From contig CAXTYC010000004.1 in NCBI GenBank assembly GCA_964248365.1, positions 32,001 to 96,000 on the forward strand: a stretch of DNA of 64,000 bases. Direction: 5' to 3'. Made by a program: the position numbers and the translations under genes. Below the pieces are notes generated by a model that was not told where the DNA came from, did not search any database, and saw nothing but the letters and a program-made list of their open reading frames with translations. Origin of the DNA: an uncultured Chroococcidiopsis sp. Its GTDB lineage: Bacteria; Cyanobacteriota; Cyanobacteriia; Cyanobacteriales; Chroococcidiopsidaceae. Below are positions 38,295 through 48,148 of this stretch, one piece after another. Numbering within the stretch: position 1 is the first letter of the stretch; each line of letters begins with the position of its first letter.

Positions 38295-39719
38295 ATGGAA
38301 ACATCCGAATCCCAAGCTCAAGCTCAAGCGCCTGTTGTAGAAGAGCGTACTCCACAGACTTCACCCAAGCCACCACGAACACGGCGACGGTGGCTTTGGC
38401 TATTGTTATCTCTATTGCTACTGCTAGGTGGAGGATTTGTGGTTTGGCGGGTGCTAGCTGCACGCAATCAATCAGCCCAGGAAGCTGCTGCTCAACCCCA
38501 AGCGGTAAGAGTTAGGATAGCGGAGGTAAACGCACAAACGATTAACGAGAGTTCAGAATATATCGCCAACCTAGAATCGCGTCGTAGTGTAACTCTTTTG
38601 CCGCAAATCCAAGGACGGGTAACAGACATCTTTGTAAGAGATGGTGATAATGTCCCAGCTGGGAAAGTGCTGCTCCAAATAAATCGTGAACAACAACAAG
38701 CAGCAGTCAGCGGTGCGCAGGCAGCAGCAGCAGCAGCACGTTCACAAGTAGAAAATGTCAGGGCGACGCTCAGTTCCCTAGAGGCACAGCGGCTATCTAA
38801 TCAGTCCAATGTGGAATTAAACCAAAAAGAATATGCAAGGTATTCTAGCCTTGCCGATCAAGGAGCAGTAGCTCGCTCAGTTGCAGATCAATATACAAAT
38901 AGGATACAGACAGCTAGGGCTAGCTTAGCTGCGATCGACAAACAAATTCAAGCGCAAAGAGCTGCACTGGCAGCGGCGCAACAGCAGTTGCAGGAAGCTC
39001 AAGCGGGTACTAGAGGACAACAGGCACAGCTTAATTACTACCAAATTTCAGCCCCCTTTGCTGGCACAGTTGGCGACATTCCGGTGAAAGTGGGTGACTT
39101 CGTGAATACGAGCACTCAACTGACTTCCCTCACCCAAAACCGACCCTTAGAGGTGAACATCTCTGTACCGACAGAACGAGCGCCTCAATTGCGACAAGGA
39201 ATGACCGTAGAGCTACTAGACGCTCAAGGTAAGAGCATGGGGACAAGTAGAATATTTTTCATTGCGCCTAATACGGCAAATAACACTCAATCAGTACTGG
39301 TCAAATCGTTGTATGAAAATTCCAATGGTCAACTACGAGCCGACCAATATGTGCGGGCAAGAGTAATCTGGAACCAGCAATCAGGAGTATTGGTTCCGGC
39401 TACGGCAATAACTCGCTTGGGTGGAGAGACTTTTGTGTTTGTAGCGCAGCAAGCACCACCACGACAACAAACCGAACAATCAACTGGACAGTCAAATCAA
39501 CAATCCCAAAGCGCACCGCAGTTAGTAGCGCGGCAAAAACCCGTGAAATTGGGCATTATCCAGGGTAATAATTACCAAGTGCTGTCAGGATTAAAGCCAG
39601 GAGAAAGAATTATTGTTTCAGGGCTTTTGAACCTGAGAGATGGCGTTCCCATTACTCCAGAATCCGCTGCGAATCGAAGCCAGTCAACAATAGAACAAGG
39701 GGGACAAACTAAAAGCTGA
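38295..39719 (+). CDS. RND efflux periplasmic adaptor subunit
   Basis: TM anchor, lipoyl halves (QGRVTDIFVRDGD; ISAPFAGTVG), coiled coil, GLKPGERIIVSG. Confidence 0.95.
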   Translation: METSESQAQAQAPVVEERTPQTSPKPPRTRRRWLWLLLSLLLLLGGGFVVWRVLAARNQSAQEAAAQPQAVRVRIAEVNAQTINESSEYIANLESRRSVTLLPQIQGRVTDIFVRDGDNVPAGKVLLQINREQQQAAVSGAQAAAAAARSQVENVRATLSSLEAQRLSNQSNVELNQKEYARYSSLADQGAVARSVADQYTNRIQTARASLAAIDKQIQAQRAALAAAQQQLQEAQAGTRGQQAQLNYYQISAPFAGTVGDIPVKVGDFVNTSTQLTSLTQNRPLEVNISVPTERAPQLRQGMTVELLDAQGKSMGTSRIFFIAPNTANNTQSVLVKSLYENSNGQLRADQYVRARVIWNQQSGVLVPATAITRLGGETFVFVAQQAPPRQQTEQSTGQSNQQSQSAPQLVARQKPVKLGIIQGNNYQVLSGLKPGERIIVSGLLNLRDGVPITPESAANRSQSTIEQGGQTKS

Positions 39720-39945
39720 AGGCAAAAAGGATAAAGGATGAAGGTTGAAGGGGAAAGGGCAAAGGGCAAAGGGCAAAGGTTTTGAGTTATGAGTTACTCG
39801 TAAAGAGTTATGAGTTAAAAACTTAAACAATTCAAAACTCACAGCAGAAAAACTCAAAACTCTTTACTTCATACTTCACACTTCATACTTCATACTTCAC
39901 ACTTCATTTACCTCTCGCCCCTTATCGCTTGCCCCTTAACCCCAA
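39720..39945. repeat. STRR tract (AAAGGGC, GAGTTAT, ACTTCAT/C)
   Basis: Tandem heptamers; similar tract at 47881-48130. Confidence 0.8.
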
Positions 39946-39954
39946 TATTTGCCT

Positions 39955-42900
39955 ATGTTTGTTGATTTTTTTATTAAGCGACCCGTTTTTTCGAGTGTCT
40001 GCGCCCTGATTATCTTGCTGTTGGGGGCAATCAGCATTCCCACTCTACCTACCGCCAGATTGCCGGAAATTGCCCCGCCCCAAGTTCAAGTTAGTACTAA
40101 CTATGTTGGAGCCAGTGCTGAAGTCGTGGAAGACACAGTTACGACTGTTTTAGAAAGACAGATCAACGGTGTCGAAGGCTTGAGGTACATGGAGTCGAGC
40201 AGCAGTAACGATGGTACTAGTACGATTCAAATCACATTTGATCCGTCACGGAACAAAGATATTGCGGCTGTTGATGTTCAGAACCGCGTGTCGATCGCTA
40301 CACCACAGTTACCAGAACAGGTGCGGCAGGTAGGAGTCACTATTAATAAGCAGCCTCCTAACATCCTTTTAGCAATGGGATTGTACTCGGAAAATAATGA
40401 GTACGACAATATCTTTTTAAGCAACTACACTGACTTGTACATAGTAGATGCCTTAAAAAGAATACAGGGCGTGAGTGACGCGCGAATTTTTGGCGAACGC
40501 CGCTATGCTATGCGTTTGTGGCTAGATCCCAACAAACTCGCCAGCCGCAATCTCACGGCTCAGGATGTGGTCAATGCGCTGCAAGAACAGAACTTACAGG
40601 TGGGTGCTGGGCAAATCGGTCAGCCACCAACGATGGATGGGCAACAGTATCAAATTGACCTGCGGGCGATCGGCAGACTTACCGATGTATCAGAATATGA
40701 AAACATGGTCATCCGCCCAGGGACAGATGGAACCCTCGTCACGCTAAAAGATGTGGGTAGGGCTGAACTGGGAGCGCAAAGCTACAACTCTTTTGTGCGC
40801 TATAGCGGTAAAGAAGGAGTTGGTATCTTGATATTTCCGATTCCAGGCAGCAATGCCTTGAATGTTGCTAAAGAAGTCAAAGCGGAAATGGAAAGGCTGG
40901 CTAAGGAGTTTCCGCCAGGAATGAAATATCAGGTAGCGTTTGACACAACTTTGTTTGTGGAAGAGTCGCTCAGAGAAGTGATCAAGACGCTGTATGAGGC
41001 AATCCTGCTGGTGATCCTGGTGATTTTTATTTTCTTGCAGGATTGGCGCACTACCCTAATTCCCGTTATCACCATTCCGCTTTCGTTGATTGGAACCTTT
41101 GCCTTTATCAAAGCTTTTGGGTTTTCGATCAACATTCTGACTTTATTTGGGATTACTTTGGCAACAGGGCTGGTAGTCGATGACGCGATCGTTGTGGTTG
41201 AAAATATCGCTCGCTTGATTCAAAATGAAGGAATGCCGCCGCGTCAGGCTGCCTCTGAGTCAATGCACGAACTGAGTGGGGCAGTAATTGCAACCTCCCT
41301 GGTGCTAATGGCAGTGTTTGTACCTGTGGCGTTCTTTCCTGGCTCGACGGGACAGATATATAAACAATTTGCCCTCACGATCGCCTTTTCGATCGCTCTT
41401 TCTACCTTTCTTGCCCTCACCCTTACTCCATCCCTCGCAGGCATCCTGCTGCGTCCACAGCAAAGAGCTTGGGGAATTTTTGGCTGGTTTTTCGATCGCT
41501 TTAATTGGGGCTTTGAAAAATTGCGCCAAGGATATGAGCGAAGTCTTAAGCGCCTGACACACCTCAAACCACTTGTGTTGGGAGTATTTGTTGTGTTCTT
41601 GGTGCTGACAGGCGTGCTGTATACGCGCGTACCTACAGGATTTCTCCCCGACGAAGACCAAGGCTATTTCATCAACATTATTCAAGGACCAGAGGGAGCT
41701 TCCTTGAATTACACCGATGAAGTTATGAAAAAGGTGGAAGCACAATTGCTCAAAATGCCCGAAGTCCGAGGAACTTTCGCCGCTGGTGGCTTTGGTTTGG
41801 GTACTAGTGGTAATAATGCCAACAAAGGAGCGATTTTTGCGCCCCTCAAGCCTTGGGGTGAACGACACGGGGAAGAACACTCAGCCGCAGGGCTGATCAA
41901 AAAAATGTTGGGATTCTATTCGACAATTCCCGACGCACGAGTAGTAGCAGCTAATCCACCACCGATTCAGGGTTTAGGTAATGTTAGCGGCTTCTCGTAT
42001 AAGCTGGAAGACCGCAGAGGTAACAATTCCGTAGATACACTGCTAGGAGTCTCGAAACAGTTAATTCAAAGAGCTAATCAAACACCTGGATTGCAAGCTG
42101 TATTTACCAGTTTTGGCGCAAATTCGCCGCAAATGGACATTGAAATCGATCGCAACAAAGCTAAAGCGCTCTTTGTCAATGTAGACGATATCTTAAATAC
42201 GCTGCAAAGTAACTTCGGTGCGCGATACGTCAACGATTTCAATTTGCAAGGACGGACTTATCGGGTGTATGTCCAGGCAGATAAACAGTTTCGCTCCAAC
42301 CCTGATGATATTGGTCGGTTGTACGTTCGTTCTCAACCAACTGCCCCCAATCAACAACCTCAGATGATTCCTCTGAGCAACCTGGTGAAAGTTACTCCCA
42401 CCACTGGGGAGCAAACAATTAATCACTACAACTTGTACCGAGCGATTGAAATCAATGGATCAAACGCCCGAGGCACTAGCTCTGGACAAGCAATCCAAAA
42501 GATGGAGCAACTATCTGCGGAAATTTTGCCGCCAAGTATGGGCTATGAATGGTCAGCGCTATCTAGAGAAGAGCAAGAGTCTGGGGGTAAAGCACCGATA
42601 ATTTTTGGTTTGGGGCTTATCTTCGTCTTTCTGGTGCTGGCGGCACAGTACGAGAATTACGTTGACCCTCTGATTATTATGCTCTCAGTTCCCCTAGCGA
42701 TCTTCGGGGCGCTCTCAGCGATGTCGCTGCGTGGTCTAACCAACGATGTGTATTGCCAAGTCGGTCTAGTGATGCTGATTGGTCTAGCTAGTAAGAATGC
42801 GATTCTAATTGTGGAATTTGCTAACCAACTGCGAGAAAGAGGCGTTTCGATTACTCAAGCAGCTGTGGATGCAGCACAAGAACGCCTCAGACCAATTCTG

Positions 42901-43164
42901 ATGACGGCGATCGCTTCTTTGGTGGGTTTTTGGCCTCTAGTAGTTGCCCAAGGAGCAGGAGCAGAAAGCCGACAATCTCTGGGTACTGCTATCTTTGGCG
43001 GTCTGCTTGTTGCTACTGTATTGAGTTTGTTGATAGTGCCAATCTTATATATCTTGATTGGGAGTATCCGCGATCGCCTCACGAATCGTCGTCGTCAGCC
43101 TCAGCCAGCTGAGCAACTAGTTAATAGTGCCGATGGCAAAGTCCCTACCGAAAGTCGCCGTTGA
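39955..43164 (+). CDS. RND efflux permease (HAE1/AcrB-like)
   Basis: FFIKRPVF, GLVVDDAIVVVEN, KNAILIVEFA, RLRPILMT; ATG at 39955. Confidence 0.97.
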   Translation: MFVDFFIKRPVFSSVCALIILLLGAISIPTLPTARLPEIAPPQVQVSTNYVGASAEVVEDTVTTVLERQINGVEGLRYMESSSSNDGTSTIQITFDPSRNKDIAAVDVQNRVSIATPQLPEQVRQVGVTINKQPPNILLAMGLYSENNEYDNIFLSNYTDLYIVDALKRIQGVSDARIFGERRYAMRLWLDPNKLASRNLTAQDVVNALQEQNLQVGAGQIGQPPTMDGQQYQIDLRAIGRLTDVSEYENMVIRPGTDGTLVTLKDVGRAELGAQSYNSFVRYSGKEGVGILIFPIPGSNALNVAKEVKAEMERLAKEFPPGMKYQVAFDTTLFVEESLREVIKTLYEAILLVILVIFIFLQDWRTTLIPVITIPLSLIGTFAFIKAFGFSINILTLFGITLATGLVVDDAIVVVENIARLIQNEGMPPRQAASESMHELSGAVIATSLVLMAVFVPVAFFPGSTGQIYKQFALTIAFSIALSTFLALTLTPSLAGILLRPQQRAWGIFGWFFDRFNWGFEKLRQGYERSLKRLTHLKPLVLGVFVVFLVLTGVLYTRVPTGFLPDEDQGYFINIIQGPEGASLNYTDEVMKKVEAQLLKMPEVRGTFAAGGFGLGTSGNNANKGAIFAPLKPWGERHGEEHSAAGLIKKMLGFYSTIPDARVVAANPPPIQGLGNVSGFSYKLEDRRGNNSVDTLLGVSKQLIQRANQTPGLQAVFTSFGANSPQMDIEIDRNKAKALFVNVDDILNTLQSNFGARYVNDFNLQGRTYRVYVQADKQFRSNPDDIGRLYVRSQPTAPNQQPQMIPLSNLVKVTPTTGEQTINHYNLYRAIEINGSNARGTSSGQAIQKMEQLSAEILPPSMGYEWSALSREEQESGGKAPIIFGLGLIFVFLVLAAQYENYVDPLIIMLSVPLAIFGALSAMSLRGLTNDVYCQVGLVMLIGLASKNAILIVEFANQLRERGVSITQAAVDAAQERLRPILMTAIASLVGFWPLVVAQGAGAESRQSLGTAIFGGLLVATVLSLLIVPILYILIGSIRDRLTNRRRQPQPAEQLVNSADGKVPTESRR

Positions 43165-43189
43165 ATTGGCTACCCATTAACTAAAGTAA

Positions 43190-43231
43190 TGAACCAGGTT
43201 GAACACAATCAGTCTGGTTCACTTTTTTTTT
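43190..43231 (+). terminator. Intrinsic terminator after RND permease
   Basis: TGAACCAGGTTGA/TCAGTCTGGTTCA stem followed by a long T run. Confidence 0.8.
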
Positions 43232-43287
43232 AGCATATGTTGCATATTTTGTCTATATTCACAGGATAAATTTGTGGAGGTGAAAGC

Positions 43288-44721
43288 ATGGATATTGCAA
43301 TGTTAACGAAGGCACTAGGAGTTGAGGCGAAAGCATATCTGGATGCTTTTAACCCAATACTCGCAACAAACCCCCCATCAGATAGCTCACCACTGGTATT
43401 CGCTGGCGTACTGGCAAGTTTAGTAGTAATTTACCTTGCTAGCACCATCGGTGGTGAGATTTGTGCGCGACTCAATTTACCCCCAGTTCTCGGACAACTA
43501 TTAGCAGGTTTAGTGCTGGGAATCTCTGCTTTTCATTTGCTGGTATTTCCCGAAGGTGGCTCAGATGGTAGTAACTCTTTAATGATGGCTTTTCTCGAAG
43601 CCACTGCTGGTTTAAGTGTCGATGCAGTGGGGACAACATTTCAAACAGACAGCGAAGTCATTTCGATTTTGTCGGAAATTGGTGTAGTGATTCTGCTGTT
43701 TGAAATTGGTTTGGAATCAGATTTAAAAGAACTGCTACGGGTTGGTTGGCAAGCGGCAATAGTAGCAGTAGTCGGAGTAGTAGTGCCGTTTGTAGGCGGT
43801 ACTTTAGGACTAGTATATCTGTTTGGTATAGCCTCTATACCAGCAATCTTTGCTGGTGCGGCTTTGACTGCAACCAGTATCGGTATTACCGCTAAAGTTT
43901 TGGCAGAATTACAATATCTCAATCGCCCAGAAGGTCAAATTATCATTGGTGCAGCAGTACTCGATGATGTATTAGGCATCATCGTCTTGGCAGTGGTTGC
44001 TAGCCTTGCCAAAACCGGAGAGGTAGAACTGACAAATGTCCTATATCTAATTGCCAGTGCAGTAGCTTTCTTAGTGGGGACAGTTTTACTAGGGCGCTGG
44101 CTGAATCCTTATTTTGTCAAGTTAGTAGATGAACTCAAAACTCGTGGTCAGTTGTTGATTCCTGCCCTGATCTTTGCTTTTGTCTTATCCTACATCGCTA
44201 CAGTGATTAAATTAGAGGCAATTTTGGGAGCCTTCACTGCTGGCTTAGTCTTAGCAGAAACCCAGAAATGTCGAGAACTCAAAAACCAGGTAGTACCCAT
44301 CGCCGATATGTTAGTACCGATTTTCTTTGTAGTTGTCAGTGCCAAAACTAACATCGGTGTCCTTAACCCAGCCGTACCTGAGAATCGGGAAGGGTTAATC
44401 ATGGCAAGCTTTTTGATTGTGGTGGCAATTTTGGGTAAAGTTGTTACTGGCTTTACAGTATTTGGTCAACCTGATATTAATCGATTGGCAATCGGTGTGG
44501 GTATGATTCCTAGAGGGGAAGTAGGACTAGTATTTGCTGGCATTGGAACGGCGCTTGGTGTCCTTTGTGATGGCTTGGATGCGGCAATTATCATGATGGT
44601 GATCTTGACCACATTTCTAGCCCCACCTTTATTACAGGTTGTGTTTAAAAAGCCAACCAGGGAACAGGATTTGCCTCAATCAAAAGCTGTTTTATCTATG
44701 CAAGATCCTAATAACAGTTAG
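43288..44721 (+). CDS. Cation:proton antiporter (CPA2, NhaS3-like)
   Basis: LFEIGLESD, ATSIGIT, AAVLDDVLG, GMIPRGEVGL. Confidence 0.93.
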   Translation: MDIAMLTKALGVEAKAYLDAFNPILATNPPSDSSPLVFAGVLASLVVIYLASTIGGEICARLNLPPVLGQLLAGLVLGISAFHLLVFPEGGSDGSNSLMMAFLEATAGLSVDAVGTTFQTDSEVISILSEIGVVILLFEIGLESDLKELLRVGWQAAIVAVVGVVVPFVGGTLGLVYLFGIASIPAIFAGAALTATSIGITAKVLAELQYLNRPEGQIIIGAAVLDDVLGIIVLAVVASLAKTGEVELTNVLYLIASAVAFLVGTVLLGRWLNPYFVKLVDELKTRGQLLIPALIFAFVLSYIATVIKLEAILGAFTAGLVLAETQKCRELKNQVVPIADMLVPIFFVVVSAKTNIGVLNPAVPENREGLIMASFLIVVAILGKVVTGFTVFGQPDINRLAIGVGMIPRGEVGLVFAGIGTALGVLCDGLDAAIIMMVILTTFLAPPLLQVVFKKPTREQDLPQSKAVLSMQDPNNS

Positions 44722-44829
44722 CTTGCTTGAGCGTCATGGTTTGTAAGGTGGGCAATGCTTACTATGGATTATTCAAAGTAAGCAAATGGCTTGTAAGGTG
44801 CGCATGGGTGGCATACGAGCTACTAAATT

Positions 44830-45534
44830 CTAGTCTCGTCTAAACAAACCAAGTAGGGGACCTAAAATTGCCCCAAAGACAAACCCACCAGCGTGCGCCC
44901 AGTAAGCAACACCACCGCTTTCCATACCAATGTTAGTACGTGCTTGCAAACCAGCAATACCGTAGAAGGCTTGTTGGACAAACCAAAACCCTAGAAAGAA
45001 GATAGCAGGAATTTCAAATGTAGTGATGAAAAATCCAATTGGGATTAAAGTCAGAACTCTAGCGTGGGGGTAGCGGAGAATGTATGCACCCATCACGCCA
45101 GCGATCGCCCCACTAGCCCCCAAGGAAGGAATTGCAGAATTTTGCGAAAAGAACCACTGGGAAAGTGCTGCCAAAACCCCACAGGTAAGATAAAAGATTA
45201 AAAATTTTAAATGTCCCAAGCGATCTTCAACGTTGTTACCAAATATCCATAAATACAACATATTTCCTGCTATGTGCAAGAAACCACCATGCAAAAATTG
45301 AGAAGTAATTAGAGTTGCCCACTCTGGTAGTTGTTGACTTGTAGGGAGAGGACATCTAGCTACTATGTTCCCCGATAATTGACATGGCACTAAAGCGGCT
45401 GAGTAGAAAAATGTTTGCAATTGTTGTGGTGTCAGACTCAGTTGATACAGAAAAATGCCGATATTTGCTCCAATTAACCCATAGGTAACATAGGGTGTGA
45501 TTGTTGTCGGAACGTTATCTCGCAGTGGAACCAC
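44830..45534 (-). CDS. Rhomboid intramembrane serine protease (copy 1)
   Basis: FLHGGFLHIAGNM, GASG, AYWAHAGGF. Confidence 0.96.
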   Translation of the reverse strand: MVPLRDNVPTTITPYVTYGLIGANIGIFLYQLSLTPQQLQTFFYSAALVPCQLSGNIVARCPLPTSQQLPEWATLITSQFLHGGFLHIAGNMLYLWIFGNNVEDRLGHLKFLIFYLTCGVLAALSQWFFSQNSAIPSLGASGAIAGVMGAYILRYPHARVLTLIPIGFFITTFEIPAIFFLGFWFVQQAFYGIAGLQARTNIGMESGGVAYWAHAGGFVFGAILGPLLGLFRRD

Positions 45535-46099
45535 AGGGATGAGTCCTATAAATTGAGTGACAAAGGGGGGGGGTTTAATAAATTGCCCAAATCGAGTTGC
45601 AACGGCAATGCTGAATTGTAATTCATCATTCCTCTGCTTTTGATGTACCCAACTTCTAAATTATTGAGCCAAGTATAGCAATGGCTGTTATATATTTTAC
45701 CATATTGCTGTTCAAATTTACTTCATTACTTCAATTTTATTGCTGACATTATGCAAGCAAATCAATATGTAGTATTAATATTTCACAAACCTAAATTTAT
45801 TTATTAGGTAATAATTTCCTGTCCAGCTGCAAATTATTCCAAATACTGATTGATAATTGATAGCTTGAATCGATTCACAAATCATTTATATTATTATATT
45901 GAAAGGAAGCTATGCTCAGAAGTACACAATTAAATTTGTGCTATCAAAACAAGATTTGTATTATTAGTTTTTTAATAAGTACAAGGAGATAAAAGATGGT
46001 GGGCATGGGTGGTATAGTGTATGAGGTAAGTATTATTGGTTTTGTGATAAGTACAATCATATAAAAGATGGTGGGCATTGCCCACCCTACTGTATGAGG

Positions 46100-46828
46100 T
46101 CACAAATACCTTTGCTGAGTATATTGGTCTTGAGGATCTGGTTTGAGCAAACCTAACAATGGACCTAGAATTGCTCCGAAGACAAAACCACCAGCGTGCG
46201 CCCAGTAAGCAACGCCACCACTTTCCATACCGATGTTAGTGCGAGCTTCCAAGCTAGCAACACCATAGGCAGCTTGTTGGAGAAACCAAAAACCCAAAAA
46301 GTAGAAAGCGGGAATGCGAACGGCGGGAAAGTAAAATCCCAAAGGAATTAGGGTTAATACCTCAGCACGGGGGTAGCGGAGAATGTATGCACCCATTACG
46401 CCAGCGATCGCCCCACTAGCCCCCAAAGAAGGAACAGGCGAATTTTGCGAAAAGAACCACTGACTTAGCCCTGCCAAAACACCGCAGGCGAGATAAAAGA
46501 ACAAAAATTTGGCGTGTCCTAAGCGATCTTCAACGTTATTACCAAAAATCCACAGAAATAACATATTTCCGGCAAGATGCAAGAAACCACCGTGCAGGAA
46601 TTGGGAAGTAATTAGGGTTGTCCACTCTGGTACTGGCTGATTTACAGGCATACCAGCAAAACTAGCTGTTAGCTCTCGTGGCACGATCGCAGCTAAGTGG
46701 AAAAAACTATCTAATTGTTGCGGTGGTAAATTCGCCTCATAAATGAAAGCGAGTACATTGGCAGCAATCAACCCATAGGTGACAATAGGCGTGATAGTTG
46801 TCGGGTTGTTATCTCTAATTGGAACCAT
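46100..46828 (-). CDS. Rhomboid intramembrane serine protease (copy 2)
   Basis: FLHGGFLHLAGNM, GASG, AYWAHAGGF. Confidence 0.96.
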   Translation of the reverse strand: MVPIRDNNPTTITPIVTYGLIAANVLAFIYEANLPPQQLDSFFHLAAIVPRELTASFAGMPVNQPVPEWTTLITSQFLHGGFLHLAGNMLFLWIFGNNVEDRLGHAKFLFFYLACGVLAGLSQWFFSQNSPVPSLGASGAIAGVMGAYILRYPRAEVLTLIPLGFYFPAVRIPAFYFLGFWFLQQAAYGVASLEARTNIGMESGGVAYWAHAGGFVFGAILGPLLGLLKPDPQDQYTQQRYL

Positions 46829-46974
46829 GCAAATTTTTACTCATACTTTTTGAGACTGGCAACACAGTATCTAAATTCACAAGCGATCGCATCAAACCTA
46901 CGGATAGATTTGACACCAAAGAGAAAGTAGTGAAGAGTTTTAATCCCACTACTAACTCAAACTCGTTGTCTCGA

Positions 46975-47511
46975 TTACTGTGTGCTGCTTGCTTCGGTTT
47001 TCTTATCACCGCGTCCGAGCAACGTGCGAACAGCGGTAGTAATTTCAGGTACGGCAAGTATTAACGACGCGAAAGAGGCAACTGTCGCTACCTGGCAGTA
47101 CTCACAAAATGCTTTGTTTTCGCTCCATTCCTCACGCGCTAGCTCGGCGGAAACAACCCCATCGATCACGAGCTTGACACCCATTGCAATTGGTAGCAAG
47201 GGGTTGCGCCGTGCGCGATCCAAACCGCCAGCAGCAGCCAGCCAAGCAGTGAGGGCGTAATTAAGCACCATAATCGGTCCATCGGGTGAGTTGAATCGGC
47301 TGTAAGCGTAGTTAGATGCATCAACGCGGTCTGCGTCAAAAAGCTGCTGTCCTGGTGGATCGGGTAGGTGACTAACAATCCCTGTTTGGTAGAGTGTAAC
47401 GAGTTGTCCCATCGAACCCCCCAGCATAGACAAGCCGATAATCGCCCGCCGACGGCTCATGTGTGGGTTTTTACCTTTACGCAGTTCTTCACTTAGTTGT
47501 GTTGGTTCCAT
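46975..47511 (-). CDS. Vitamin K epoxide reductase family protein
   Basis: V..S.YA..F..PD pattern, C-terminal FCEYC; ATG at 47511. Confidence 0.8.
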   Translation of the reverse strand: MEPTQLSEELRKGKNPHMSRRRAIIGLSMLGGSMGQLVTLYQTGIVSHLPDPPGQQLFDADRVDASNYAYSRFNSPDGPIMVLNYALTAWLAAAGGLDRARRNPLLPIAMGVKLVIDGVVSAELAREEWSENKAFCEYCQVATVASFASLILAVPEITTAVRTLLGRGDKKTEASSTQ

Positions 47512-48148
47512 AAAACGCAATTCTCCGTAAAATATAGGGCGATCGCATCACCTGTGTACCTGGTGTTCCACCGATGACAAATAGCAAATACGCAGTATGA
47601 CTATCGGTTTGGGCGACCTGAGTCTTGCTACCATTTTCGGGAATTGGTCTGATGCGTACCACTTACGCTAGAGGTACTTAGCTCTCACCTGGCATTCAAG
47701 GAGAGTGAAAACCACTGTGAGAGCGTAGCTGGGGCGATCGCTTTCTATAAATAAACATCAAAAATATTGTTTTTTTTCGAGCTTTTTGTATTATTTAATA
47801 CATAAGTTTAAATTGATACAACATAAATTATCAAGCTTTCGGCAGACGCAATTTGTGCATAAGCAAGACAAGAAAAGCTTTAAGGATAAAGGATGAAGGC
47901 AAAAGGATGAAGTGTAAAGTGTAAAGGATGTTCGCTTAGTTGCCGTCGGCGCGCAGTTGTTGGCTAAAGTGTAAAGTGTAAAGGGTAAAGCGGTATTGCA
48001 CTAAGATTAAGATGCACTTCAAGCTACCCTTACCTGCTACCCCTACCCTTCGCGCCTTCTACTTCTAACTTCACACTTCATCCTTAATACTTCATCCTTA
48101 ATAATTCATCCTTTAGACTTCACACTTCATTTTTAATACTTTTCGCGC

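Noticed and set aside
40565..43112. Antisense and alternate-frame ORFs within the RND gene (likewise in the symporter, pyrH, metK and HAD genes)
   Set aside because: Shadow ORFs of well-supported genes
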